64,000 nucleotides of DNA from Paraspadella gotoi (Eukaryota; Animalia; Chaetognatha). Where the stretch lies: contig CM119270.1 in NCBI GenBank assembly GCA_051294375.1, positions 5,464,152 to 5,528,151 of the forward strand. The letters run 5' to 3'. A program made the translations under genes and the position numbers. This document shows, piece by piece, positions 32,577 to 56,500 of this stretch. Each line of letters starts with the position of its first letter. The first letter of the stretch is position 1. The notes under the pieces are model-generated. The model did no database searches. It was not told the DNA's origin and worked only from the letters and a program-made list of their open reading frames with translations.

Positions 32577-32930
32577 GAAGAAAGGAGGAAGATAGAAAAA
32601 GAAGATAGAAAAAGGAGGAATATAGAAAAAGAAGATAGAATAAGGAGGAAGATAGAAAAAGAAGATAGAAAAATAAGATAGAAAAAGGAGGAAGATAAAA
32701 AAAGAAGATAGAAAAAGAAATAGAAAAAGCAGCAAGAGAGAAAAAGAAGATAGAAAAAGGAGGAAGATAGAAAAAGGAGGAAGATAGAAAAAGAAGATAG
32801 AATAAGGAGGAAAATAAAAAAGAAGATAGAAAAAGGAGAAGGATAGAAAAAATGATAGAAAAAGAAGATAGAAAAAGAAGATAGAAAAAGGAGGAAAATT
32901 AAAAAAGAAGATAGAAAAAGGAAGATAGGA
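32577..32930. repeat. Purine-rich 12-15-bp tandem repeat (aagatagaaaaagg)
   Basis: Visible array next to an N gap. Confidence 0.85.
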
Positions 32931-33591
32931 GGGAACGAGGAGTGAGAGAAAGAGAGAGGAATCGAGGGAATCGTTGGTAGAAACAGAAGGGAGAGAAAAA
33001 AAAACTCTATTAATTCTGCCTCAAAAGTATGTTAAACGAAATTAAGTAAAATAAAGTTGAATTAAGGTAAATAATGTTACAAAAAGTTCACAACGTATTA
33101 ATATTACAAATTAAAAAAATTGAGCTGCTTCAATTATTCTTTTCCTTTTTACAATTTTTTCCCCTCGTGTTTCTTTTCACACTTTCACTCACTCTCCCCC
33201 CCCCAACTTAACTCAAGACTCCGGGAGGTCGGTCGGTCGGTCACTGACTCCGCTCCCACGAGACCACCTGTCTCGAACCTATAAAGATAACAACAACAAC
33301 AACTCCTTCGAGATCCTTGATGACTCTTCTCCTTTCATCGAAATTCAACGAGGAAGAAAAAAAAAACACCCAAAATAGAACAAAACGAAACAAAACAAAA
33401 ATGAAATTAAACAAAACAAAGAAAATAAACAAAACAAAAAAAAACTAAAAAAAACAAAACAAAAAAAACTAAAAAAAAACAAAACAAAAAAACTAAACCA
33501 AAAGTAAAGTTGTAATCTCTCCTCTCTCTTCATCTCTCTCTACGTCTTCATCTCTCTCTCTCTCTCTCTCTCTCTCTTCTTTTTCTCCCAC

Positions 33592-43982
<10,391 letters not shown>

Positions 43983-45309
43983 CTTTCAGGTCGGATGAGG
44001 AGGAGCTGGTTTATTAAGTGGAGTGATGTGAGATTCACAGGAGTGACGCGGCTGGAGTGTTAATTTGGGTCGACGATAATTATCTGTTACAAAAAAAGAC
44101 AGGGGTTAAAATTACTATGTATCAAAAGATCGACGAACAGGATGTTGCATATCAGCTGTCTAGTCGAACTACAAGAGAAGAAATAAAAGAGGACCCATTT
44201 TATACCCAAAGAAATGAGTTATATAAGCAGGAACCGGAGACGATTAGAAAGTTAAATATGAGAAGAGGAAGAGTGTGACACTACGAAAAAAATTCAACTG
44301 AAAAACTTGAAAAAATATACAGTTAATATCATAGCATTGCCCAGTTTTAACCAACAATTAATTATTATTTCTTCATGACTTCGTAGCTTATTGAATAATA
44401 CTCATTATTACCATAATTACCATATCATAATTACCAATAGGTACTGGGTTTAATTCTAACCTACCCTACGGGAAGCGTAAGGAGGGTTTTGAAAATGAAA
44501 TAAATTTCCTAGCCTGTTGGTAGGGTTAAAAAAGTTATTGAAGTTATCTTTAGCCCATTTAGCTAATTTAACACAATCATAGGTTAATTTATTTAATATC
44601 ATTTTATTAAAGATTTTATATTTAGGTTTTAAAATCCAAAGCTAATGAATTAATTAGATTTAAAAACCTAAATTTAAGATAATCAAAATATAGTTGTTTT
44701 TAGCTATTATATGTTTATTTTATATTTTTATAAATAGCTAAATATTTATTTTTATAATTCAAAATATTTCTAAGCATATAGAAGATTTTCCTTTTTCTCT
44801 TCCAATAGTGACGCATTTCTTCCATTTCATAGTTCTACTTTTTTTTCTTCACCACTTTTGAAGAAAATATCCCCAAACTTGTCCTCGTCGTTTTCGTCGT
44901 CGTCTTCGTCGTCGTCTTCGTCGTTGTCAGCGACATCATCATCATCATTGTCGTAATGAGAACAATTTCCTTTCAGGTCCCGACATTTATAACAGGTATT
45001 TTGATTGCGCAATGTAACGTGACTTCTCGGTCCTTTTACCCGAAAGACGGAAATCACGTTTTTATACCAGTTTTGTTCTCAGGTGATGATTTAAAAGAAA
45101 ATCATAGAGTGAATTTAGTCACAACTTTGTGACGAATGAGCTTTCCAGATCTTTGTAAGATACGAACAAAATTCAAGGATTTGTTTTCATATTTTTGTTT
45201 ACCCCTGATATCTCAGCGACCAGGGTCATGGTACGACTAGATTTCGGGCACTAAAAACTATATTTTCGAATCCGGGAAAATTATTTTCAAAATCGTTCGA
45301 TATAAGCAG

Positions 45310-45937
45310 TAGAGTGGAGCACTCAAGAACAAAAAATTTATTTGAATGATCGAACAATGATATTTAGATGTGAGATGGTATGATTAACTAGTACAAAAAA
45401 TATTTTGTTTATATTATCTCGGGAACAGAATAGTAAAATATAATATATTTGTAGTAATATCCTTATAAAATAGTAAATTTTAAAAATAATTTTTATAAAA
45501 CTTTTATTAAAGATTCAGATTCTTCATAAAAAGTTGAATCAAAAATATAAAACATGTTATCAAAAATTCTGTCATCTTCAATGTTTAAAATAAGAAAAAA
45601 GGTTAAAATTCCTGACTTTTTTATTCTCTGTAGTAGAAACTTATATATGTTAAAATGTTTTAGTCATTTTTTGTGGTCTAAACATTAAAATATCATATAA
45701 CATATTTTATAAAAGTTTCTTAGTTTTTTACAGCGAATCCAAATCAGTTCTTAAAAATAAAAAAAAATTATTTTGAAATTTGACGATTTTATAAGGATAT
45801 TACTACATAAATAATTGAATTTGCTATACTGTTATGCTAAAAAATTGTTTAAAAGGATTTAAAATTCATTAATTATATGTCCATAGGCAGCAAAAAAATA
45901 ATGTTCAATCACTCAATTTTTTCATCACTCCACCCTA
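45310..45937. mobile_element. hAT-type MITE
   Basis: TIR TAG(A/G)GTGGAG, perfect 8-bp TSD ATAAGCAG (45302-45309 and 45938-45945), long imperfect internal inverted arms. Confidence 0.85.
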
Positions 45938-46043
45938 ATAAGCAGTCCCTGAGCGCGAAGCCGGGACCTTTGAGTTACGAGGCGAATGACTTGCCTCCTG
46001 CACCAATGGCCGCTGATGAGCACTTGGTGGATTTTAGTCCACC
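45938..46043 (-). mobile_element. tRNA-derived SINE-like element, deleted copy interrupted by the hAT MITE
   Basis: Reverse complement matches the 55063 and 55484 elements; homology resumes left of the MITE at about 45292-45309. Confidence 0.75.
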
Positions 46044-47149
46044 TTAATTGGTACGTTTATAATTTGACGATGGACAGGTTTTCCTAAAATTCCAGCTCGA
46101 AAAACGTGACTCTCAAAAATCAAGCTCTAAAAACGTGGCTATCAAAAAAAACTCCAAAATTAATTAGATTGCGTAACCGTTGCACTATGGCAACAGCCGG
46201 GTTGCCTGTGATGCCCATTGGGATGGGGCATCTCACTGAGCCAATGGATTTGGCTGAAGGATGGTGGACGTGAGGCGGTGTGAATATACCGCCACAGCAC
46301 CGTAATTATTTCGGTTATACTTATTTCTCTTGTCATATGGAGATAATTATTAAACCACGGAAAAATTTTTAGGTTTAAATTACGTAATAGTTTAATAAAC
46401 GTGTATGACGACTGTTTCGGAAAACATCGACTCAGCAGCTTTCGAAAAAAAAGGAAAAAAAATTACAGAAGCGGAAATAAAAAAATTTCTCTGTCATTTT
46501 TTTTTTCAACTTCTTCTTCCGAGATTTAATTTTTTTAATAACCTAAAAGAAAATAACAATTAAAGAAGAACGATATCAACGATCAGGACGAAAGTTACGA
46601 CAACAGTTAACGCGATTTCTTCAACAACGAAAAATTAAAACGAGGACTATTTGGAATTAGTAGTATATTATTATATTAATAGTAGTTCAGTGTAAACATT
46701 CTAAGAATCAATGATGGAAAAAACTTCATGACGGTGGCGAAATTTATAAATATCAGACGATTTCATAAATATCTTTCACACTCAACATTTGCGAGTTCTG
46801 AGTAAAAAAGAGGAGAAAATTTATGAAAAAAAAAATATTGGGCACTCTTTTCCGAAAGCGCGATATTAAACGAGATATTAGGGTTAAATTTAAGTTGAAG
46901 GATTAAGAGTCTATATGTTGGAGAGAAATTAATCAACTATTCCTTCAGGTAATAATTACTTATTATTTTGAAGAAAATACGTCAAGAAAGACTGATACTA
47001 GAAATTAATTGTCAAAAATCGAAAAAAAATGATTTACAATCAATTTACAATACAAAATTACAATTTGTCGCATCGAAAGAGTCAAAAGGTTTAATCGTAG
47101 TGAAAATAAGATTAAGGGAAATGTCTCCCGGGTTGAAAAACAGAGAGAA

Positions 47150-47440
47150 AAAAACAACAGAAACGGTAATTCAAATGTGTTGCGCCGCAATGACTGCCTT
47201 ATCACCAGTATTTCTCGTGACATGACATTATATGACATGACGCTACATGACATGACGTGCGCTCGCAGACGCTTAGATTTGAGGTTTTTTTCTGTCTTAA
47301 CAAATGAGCGATCGTGAACTATAGGCAAATTTTATACATTTTTAACGTAAGTGTGACAGTCCGACGGACAGATATACCGACCGACCGACCGAAAAGTGAC
47401 TTATGGAGTTACTCAGCGAGTACACGCGGCGAAAGTAAAA
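47150..47440 (-). mobile_element. HINE-like element, family B, copy 2
   Basis: Homologous to 24937-25340. Confidence 0.7.
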
Positions 47441-47713
47441 ATCCCCCGAGTGGTGTCGTCAAAACGAAAGAATTTCTTCGTTAATCTCATCTCATTAAAA
47501 AGAGAAAAGAAGAGAAATAAAAAGGAAAAACGGAAGAAGAAGGACTCAATGCTTTGTCAATTAAATTTATTAATATTCAAAAAAGAATTTAAGTTAAAGC
47601 CTTTTTTTTTTAACGACGTCCCTTCCAGTCCAGACGACGACATTCAATGTCCGAAGGAGGAATCTGGCTACGTTCCGTGAAGGTCGTTCTTCTTTTAACA
47701 AATCGTAAACGGA

Positions 47714-47716
<3 letters not shown>

Positions 47717-47805
<89 letters not shown>
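47717..47805. repeat. (AAT)n microsatellite
   Basis: Perfect trinucleotide run. Confidence 0.95.
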
Positions 47806-47806
<1 letters not shown>

Positions 47807-49335
47807 TTTTCCGAGGTCTGCGAATTGCGGGTTTGAGTTAAGGAGAGGGTAAGGTGTAAAGAAATAGGAAAAGAGGTAAGGAATAGGGAGAACGAAGGAT
47901 GGAGGGAAGAAGGGATGAATGAAAGGTCAAAGTCTGAATGTGCAAGAATGAAAGCGTAAAGAATATAATATGTAAAAAAAAAAAACAGAACGTAGGTTTA
48001 AAATTGATAATTCTCCCATTTGCTTCTAACAGTTTTTTTATCCTCGGGGGGAAAAATATAGTTCTCAACCAATTTTATGGGCAAAAAAAAGTGGGAAGGG
48101 AAAAAAGATGAAATTTATGAAGAAAAAAAATCGAGACTAAGATTTTGTAAGGAAAATAAAATGAGAAAAGAAGAGATTAAATGAATTTTTTTTTTTAAAG
48201 TCGGGAAATTAGGGACACTAATTGAGTAGAGTCACTGGAAAGAAAATAAAAGCAATAACCATGATTGTCTTTTGTTTTTGTTGAATTTTAATAGTTTAGT
48301 TTTTACTTTTAAACATAACCACGATTAGAAATTAGATAAGGAAATCCTGAAGTGGGGACAAAGGATGTTGCCACGTGTCAAGTCTCCACTCTCACTGCGA
48401 TTTTCGCTTCATTTCTGAGAACGTTGCGGCGGGAATGAGACAACGAATGCCGAAGAACTTCGAAGCGCCCCCTTTGCCGATCTGTTCAGCATCGCAGTCG
48501 AACGATTTATCGCCGCCTCACTGTTCAGCACCGTTGACGAACTATCGAGCGCAAGAGCCAATTGCCGAGCGATTCAACGAAATTAGAAAGACGCTCAAGG
48601 ATTTGGGCGTCGAAAAATTTGCCTTACATGAAGTAATCCTCATCAAATCGAGGTCATCTTCTCTCTTTTTACGCTTCAGAAGCTCAGTTTCGGACAACAT
48701 CAGCCGGAAAAAAAAACAACAACGACAACCAAGATAACAACGACAACGGGGACGCGACTTCGCGCGAAGGTCAGAAATTAATCTCGACGTCGCAAAATCC
48801 GATATCTCGTTTTAGGCGAAATAAGAAATAAAAAAAAAATATATCAAGTTTTTTAGCGCGGGTTGATAACGAGAGTCGAGGTGAGAGCTGTGAGGCTTAC
48901 TTTTCGGATACCTACGACGTAACCATATAAAAAAGATTTTTGTCGTTACGATCAATTTAATTCGTGCGGCTCTGATACATGAACAGAACCTGATCGAACG
49001 AGGTTGTTCTCTCTCTTGAGGTTTATTGTGTAAGCAGATTGTAAACAATTGTTTCTCGATAAAGTTTGAAGAACTTAAACATGATGTAAACAGAACGTAA
49101 ACAAATGATTCTTAAAACGAATGGACTGGATTGCATTAAAAAAACAACAACAGCTTTTCTAAAGGAGGAAAAAGAAGAAAAGAAAAACGAAAAGAAAAAA
49201 AAAAGAAAAAATAAATAAAAAATAAAATAAAAATAAAATGAATAAATTGTTTCGCCAATTTTAAATCCACCAAAATGTATAGCTTTATTTGAGTTATTTC
49301 AGTGATAAAATATTTTCTGACAAAGGATTAAAACA

Positions 49336-49576
49336 ATGCAAAATAGTCTCCTCTTTTGCCTGTTTTTGATTTTTGTGACGTCCTCCTTGAATCACTGTGA
49401 TGCAGTGAGGTGTTACTTTTGTGATTCTCGACAACATGTGAGTATCAGCAAGAAAAGCTTTTAAGTTTTGTCTGATAATCGCGTCATGGAGTGATTTTTT
49501 TTATTCATTAATCCACACATAAATTACTAAATTTTGCTTTTGTAAGTTGTAACTTACTTTTTTTTCATATTTTATT

Positions 49577-49615
<39 letters not shown>

Positions 49616-50526
49616 CCTCTCTCTTTCTCTCTTTCTCCTCTTCCTTCTTAACCCTCAGAAAGAATGCGGGGAGCCTTTCGAAGCGATCCCCGCCTTGGAG
49701 ATGGACTGCGACGCTTTGGAGCAACGACAGCGGGCGGGCGATTGGAACGGCACCCTTCCTGGACCCGGAGGATACGCCCACTGCAGGAAGATTCACCAGA
49801 AGGGTGAGACGGTACTGTTTTTCTTAATGGAGCAGTTAGTGCAATGCGTTTCATGATTGAATCATCTTGCTCTAGGCCAAGAGAAAACAAAATTTAGGCG
49901 TCAATTTGATAATAATTTTTCAATAAATTTATAAATTTTTAAAAAAAAATGTAATCCGAAAAGTATTTTTGTCTTTTTTTGTCTATTTTTATTCTTTTTA
50001 TCATTATTTTGTCTTTTTTGTCTTTTTCTCCAGTTGTGACAGACAAAACCTACGAGATAACTATCCGACAATGCGCGTTCAACTTCAGAAGCGACTCGTC
50101 CCCTTACTCTTCCGCCGATGACACGTTCAGGTGATTGAGAAAAGGATTCAGAGAGGTATGGCGTGAATCGACTGTGAGTGTGCCTTGATTTAAAGCTCGC
50201 AGAATTCTGCTATTTGGTAAGAGGGACTGACGCCATAACCCACCTAAGCCTGTCTAAATTCAGGTTGTTTATTACATCAATGGATAATTTGATATTGTAA
50301 AATTCATAACCTTCCCGTCTAATATTCAATTCTATTCTATTCTATTCAATAATATTATATTTTAGGAGAAAAAAAACAATTTATTTGTTTTTAATCAACA
50401 CGAATTGTATTATTAGTAAGACATGTTTCGACTCTTGAGTTTAGAGTCTTCATCAGTTATGACAATCAATTATTTTTTACTCTTATAACATTAGGTTAGA
50501 AGAGAGAGAGAGAGAGAGAGAGAAGA

Positions 50527-50567
<41 letters not shown>

Positions 50568-53503
50568 AAAGGGAGTTTCAACAAGAATGAGCAAAGGCAG
50601 TGGTTCCACAGAATAGAAGGACATCGTAGGGTGAAGATAAGATCAGGGAAGAAGTTGGGTGAAATTTGAAATAAGAGAGAGAGAGAGACAGGGTAAGAGA
50701 AAATCTTTACATTTTTGTAATGTATAACAATGATAGAGAAATAAATAACAAACTTAATTATAGTTAAACTAATAGTAACATTGTAAAATAAATTAATGAG
50801 TTAAAGAAGTTGAAATTGAAATAGAAGAATAAGTGATGAGGGATAGGTAAGTAAAGAGTTAGTGAAAATTAAGTTGAGAGAAAGAGCTCAAAATGAGCTG
50901 GCCCCCCCCCCCCGGGTTGGCAAGGTGGGACGTTGCGATAGGCTCGGGTCATTGGCTTGTCATGGGCTGAGAAGATATGACTGTGGAGTGTGACATTTCG
51001 GGACCTGGTAGTGATCCTCCTGGGAAAATGCCTAACGCCACTCGAATATCTCTCTGGCCTGATAGGCCTGCCGATGGCCCTCCTCTCACCTGACGGTGAG
51101 GTGGCGATGCCTGCCTTCTTGCCTGCTTTGGTGCAGGAGATACAGACTCCTCTCCCTCCTCCTGTAGCCGTCGTTTGGACGACGCCCAGTGTGAGAAGAG
51201 TCATGCCAGGTTGCTACAGGCTCGGGAGAGGTATCGGTCGTCCATTGCCTGCTGGGAGGTCTCCGCCTGACCCGTTGAGCTCATTTTGACTCTTTCTCTC
51301 AACTTAATTTTCACTAACTCTTTACTTACCTATCCCTCATCACTTATTCTTCTATTTCAATTTCAACTTCTTTAACTCATTAATTTATTTTACAATGTTA
51401 CTATTAGTTTAACTATTAAGTTTGTTATTATTTTCTCTATCATTGTTATACATTACAAAAATGTAAAGATTTTCTCTTACCCTGTCTCTCTCTCTCTCTC
51501 TCTCTCTTATTCTCAAATTTCACCCAACTTCTTCCCTGATCTTATCTTCACCTGTCCTCATATCTGACCACTGTCCTTTGCTCAATTCTTTGTTGGAAAC
51601 TCCCTCTTTTGCTCTCTCTCTCTCTCTCTCTCTCTCATCATCCTCTAATGTTAAAGAGTAAAAATATATTGATTGTCATAACTGATGACTCTAAAACTCA
51701 AGAGTCGAAACATGTCTTACTAATAATACAATTCGTTGATAAAAACAAATAAATTGTTTTTTTTCTCCTAAAGTTCAAAACACAACGAAATTGATAGTTT
51801 ATACACAATAATATTATAATATTCAATTTCCTCTAACATGTTTTTGGCTCTTTCTTTTTTTGTTCTTAATCATCGGTGAAAATGCTAAAAATTAACTGGC
51901 TAACCGTTAAAATTGGTTAATTTATCAACTATAATTATTTATGATTAAAATAGGTAACCAAAAATATTTTTATTTTCAATATGTTAGGTTTTCCTACTAA
52001 ACCTAGGTGCGGGCTATTCACTTTGTATGACTTTAAGCATTGAAGACGTGTTTTACAGTTTAGCATCATATATTGTTGTAATATAAACATAACGAAGTAT
52101 AAACGTTCAAAAATAAGCAAATATCCAATTGTATAGAACCATAATGAATTCGCGTAATAAAACCGTAAGGGCAGCCGTAAAGCATCGGAAAAAGCATCGG
52201 AAAAGGCATCGGAAAGAGATCGAGAAAGCAGCCGTAAAGCATCGGAAAAAGCGTCGGAATGGGATCCGAGAAAGCAGCCGCTGGACTGTGAAACAGATTA
52301 TACAACGATTTAATATAAAATGTTCGAATTTATAACGCATTAAAAACTTATTAAAAACGAGTTAAAACCATTTAAACGGACCTGGTATACACGTCTAACT
52401 TTATAGAAATTTGGCGATTACATAAGCATAAAAAATATACATTTTAACTTTCGAAATAAACGGCGTTGAATAAGCAGAGAATTTGGCATTAAATTCGAAG
52501 CAGCAAAAAACGGTAACGTGCAGGATATCATCTGTGAACCGAATTAAAAATAGGACGAGAGAGAAAAGACTGGTTTCTCGCGAATGCGGGGTAAACAAAA
52601 GATCAGTTTTCGAAACGAAGTAAAAAATATTCTTTCTTTTTTGTTCTTAATCATCGGTGAAAATGCTAAAAATTAACTGGCTAACCGTTAAAATTGGTTA
52701 ATTATCAACTATAATTATTTATGATTAAAATAGGTAACCAAAATAATTTTTATTTTCAATATGTTAGGTTTTCCTACTAAACCTAGGTGCGGGCTATTCA
52801 CTTTGTATGACTTTAAGCATTGAAGACGTGTTTTACAGTTTAGCATCATATATTGTTGTAATATAAACATAACGAAGTATAAACGTTCAAAATAAGCAAA
52901 TATCCAATTGTATAGAACCATAATGAATTCGCGTAATAAAACCGTAAGGGCAGCCGTAAAGCATCGGAAAAAGCATCGGAAAAGGCATCGGAAAGAGATC
53001 CGAGAAAGCAGCCGTAAAGCATCGGAAAAGCGTCGGAATGGGATCCGAGAAAGCAGCCGCTGGACTGTGAAACAGATTATACAACAATTTATATAAAATG
53101 TTCGAATTATAAACGCATTAAAAACTTATTAAAAACTAGTTAAAACCATTTTAACGGACCTGGTATACACGTCTAACTTTATAGAAATTTGGCGATTACA
53201 TAAGCATAAAAATATACATTTTAACTTTCGAAATAAACGGCGTTGAATAAGCAGAGAATTTGGCATTAAATTCGAAGCAGCAAAAAACGGTAACGTGCAG
53301 GATATTCATCTGTGAACCGAATTAAAAATAGGACGAGAGAGAAAAGACTGGTTTCTCGCGAATGCGGGGTAAACAAAAAGATCAGTTTTCGAAACGAAGT
53401 AAAAAATATTCTACACAATACTATACTATAGTCCTGTGCAAAATAAAGAGGACACACTCTTAAATCCTAAATAGCGCGCGTTTTATGCATGTATTCAAAA
53501 AAT

Positions 53504-53548
<45 letters not shown>

Positions 53549-56500
53549 TGACGACAGGTTAAGGTCAATTAGATTGTGTGAGGGAAATTAAAAGGAAATT
53601 GAAAATCAGTTATTACAGTAAAATACATACTACATACATACTGCAATGTAAAGAAGCAGTAACGTGATTAAGATGTTAAACTGTGAAATTAAAAAAAATA
53701 TTTTGATACCATAATCCATGCTCATGATTGATTGTTTTAACCCTTTATACATTAGCATTTAAATTTCATCGGCTATGGCTAACTGAAGTAAAGAATGTTT
53801 CCTAAAAATAATATGCAATGGATAAATCGCATTATACTTTATATATTTATATATACTTTATACTTTAATAACTTGAATACCTCTCTATCTCTTTCTCTCT
53901 ATCATACAATTCAAAATCAGTACAGTAGCTCAGTTAACGGGTTATCGCCTAATAACCATTTTTTTTGCTCTTTTCCTCGCCTTAATATGGACATCGAAAA
54001 CATGATACTTTTTACAAACGTTTTGCTTTCTAAAAAATAAATTTTTACAGAAATTAATGCAAATAACAGCATGCATTATTCCGACAATCATTTCTAAATT
54101 TACAGTGAATTTTTTTGAAATGAGTTTTAATGAGATCCTTGATGGGCCGATCCTTTTCGACGTGTTGGAATATTTCTTCTCCAAAAAGTCGAAGCAATTT
54201 ATACTCCGGAACAACTCCATTTTTTTTTGTCAAATCATAGCATTTTTTGGCCTCTATTATGTAACGCGCATAGAGTACCTTGGCTTTGACAAAGCTTATT
54301 TTGGCATCAAGCTCTAGGTGTTTTTCATCGGATATCTTTTGTGCCTGCTCTAATTTATTCTGGGCTTCCTCGACATCAAGCTCATGAAGCAACGACATGG
54401 CCCATAACCTGAGAATGTCGGCCGTAAGTCTCGAATCCTGATTTTTAGCGTTTTCGTATGCTGTTTCATAGGCACGTAAGCAGTTCTCTGATTGGCCCCT
54501 GATGTTTACCAATGCAACCGCGTAATTTTTGTAAACTTTTCCAACAAGTACGTGTGAACCATAACGTTTTTCAATTTTACAAATAAATGGTTTCCAATCT
54601 CGAAAGTATTTGTGACGAAAACTTTGTTCCATTAGATGCCACATAGTCACGTGGTCTTCAATCAATAAGGTCATCCATGACTCGATCTCAGTTTTGACTT
54701 TTTCTAACTCTTGTATAGTGTTTTGCAAAGTTATCTCATATGATTCAAACAATTCACTTTTTCGTTCGATTTGTCCCCGAGCATTCAATACTGTCCATCT
54801 GACAAAACTGATTTGATCCCAGTTTTCCGGATTGCCTTCCGTTGCCTCTAACAACTGGTCAAGTTCGGCTGATGATTCTTCAGCATAGCCGTGTTGCGCA
54901 AGCAAAGCCCTGGTAGTCATTTGTAACTCTTTCAAATTTGACGAACTGAACATATCTTGGCAAGCTTGCAAATAATCCCTTGTTAAAATTATTAAAAATT
55001 AAAATTTGAAGATAATTAAAATATACAAAAATATGAAAACTTTGTAAAATGCTTATATTTATGGTGGACTAAAATCCACCAACCGTTCATCAGCGAACAT
55101 TGGTGCCAGAGAAAAGTCATTCGCCTCTCAACCCAAACGTCTGGGGTTCCAGCCCGGTGGCCGCCTCGCAGTTAAGAGGGACGGGGCTCTTAACCCGCCT
55201 GTAACACGGTGTTACAGCCTGATCCGAAGCTTAGGGACTGCTTATATTGAACGGTTCTGTCACTAACATATAACAATAATTACTGTCTCTTCATTGGTGA
55301 GCCCGACTTCCGAACACAACAACAACAACAACACTTTCAGGCGACATGCCTCAACCTGGCGATGCACTTTCCACCAACAACACATCAGGGGACATGCCTC
55401 AACTTGGTGATGAACTTTCCACCAACAACAACAATTCACTGAAGAGACGCAACAGACTTCTCTCTATGGGAGGGGGGATGTATGGTGGACTAAAATCCAC
55501 CAACGTTCATCTGCGGCCATTGGTGCTGGAGGCAAGTCATTCGCCTCTCAACCCAAAGGTCTGGGGTTCTTGCCTGGTGGCCGCCTAGCAGTTAAGAGGG
55601 ACGGGGCGCTTAACCCGCCTGTAACACGGTGTTACAGCCTGATTCGAAGCTCAGAGACGGCTTATATTGAACAGTTCTGTCACTAACAATATAACATATA
55701 ACATATAACAATAATTACTGTCTCTTCATATTCTTACTTACTTGTGCTCCTTGCCACATGTGTTTTCTACCATTAAATCAAAGCAATAAAACTGAATGGG
55801 TGTCAGCTTCTTAAGTGCGTCACAATTCTTCGTCTCTTTGGTTTAAAAATATGAAAAGATATATACAAATTACTAACATTTAAAAAGATGGTAAGAAAAA
55901 GTTTATTTCCATAACAAAATACCTATGGCAATTTTAAGAATCTGTTTGACGTCATTCCATCTTTTATCCATGATACATGACGATCCATCTTTGCCCCAAA
56001 AATCTTCCAAAATATTTGGAATAAAATCGCTCTCCATATTTTTTCGTATTTTGTTATTTCTGGGAAGTTTTGGATGTAAAAAATCTTGCTGCGGCTCCTG
56101 AATCAGCGGACTCAAACACGCAAACTTGTCTCTTTTGCTTTATGCGTCAGTCCTTTCGTCGTCGCTCTCGCCGTCGCAATAGCTTCAAAATGTCATATTT
56201 TGAAAAAGTGCCTCCAGGTTAACGCCATGCTCCTTCCTCGGTCCGCCTATCTCGTACACAATGTTATATTTTGAAAAAAGGCTTACAGATTAACGCCCTG
56301 CTTTTTCCTCGGTCCGCCTATCTTGTACACAATGTTATATTTTGAAAAAGGGCTTACAGATTAACGCCCAGCTCTTTCCTCGGTCCGCCTATCTTGTACA
56401 CAATGTTATATTTTGAAAAAGGGCCTCCAGGTTAATGCCCTACTCCTTCCTTGGTCCGCCTATCTCGTACACAATGTTATATTTTGAAAAAGGGCCTCCA

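Larger units (their letters stand above)
50361..51772. mobile_element. Foldback Penelope-like (pLTR) or retrozyme-like element: ~500-bp inverted arms around a 380-bp GC-rich core
   Basis: 50361-50899 is the reverse complement of 51278-51772; each arm has a hammerhead motif followed by AATAAA. Confidence 0.7.

Noticed and set aside
46011-46043. CTGATGA hammerhead candidate
   Set aside because: No GAAA after a stem II; part of the SINE-like element
48375-48737. 120-aa ORF upstream of the Ly6 gene
   Set aside because: No motif or convincing splice partners
51850-53412. 780-bp tandem repeat as LTR pair or functional array
   Set aside because: No TG..CA ends or internal region; homopolymer-type differences suggest an artefact or trivial recent duplication
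55513-55584. Functional tRNA gene
   Set aside because: Anticodon and T arms pair poorly, B box is degenerate, and copies differ in the anticodon region
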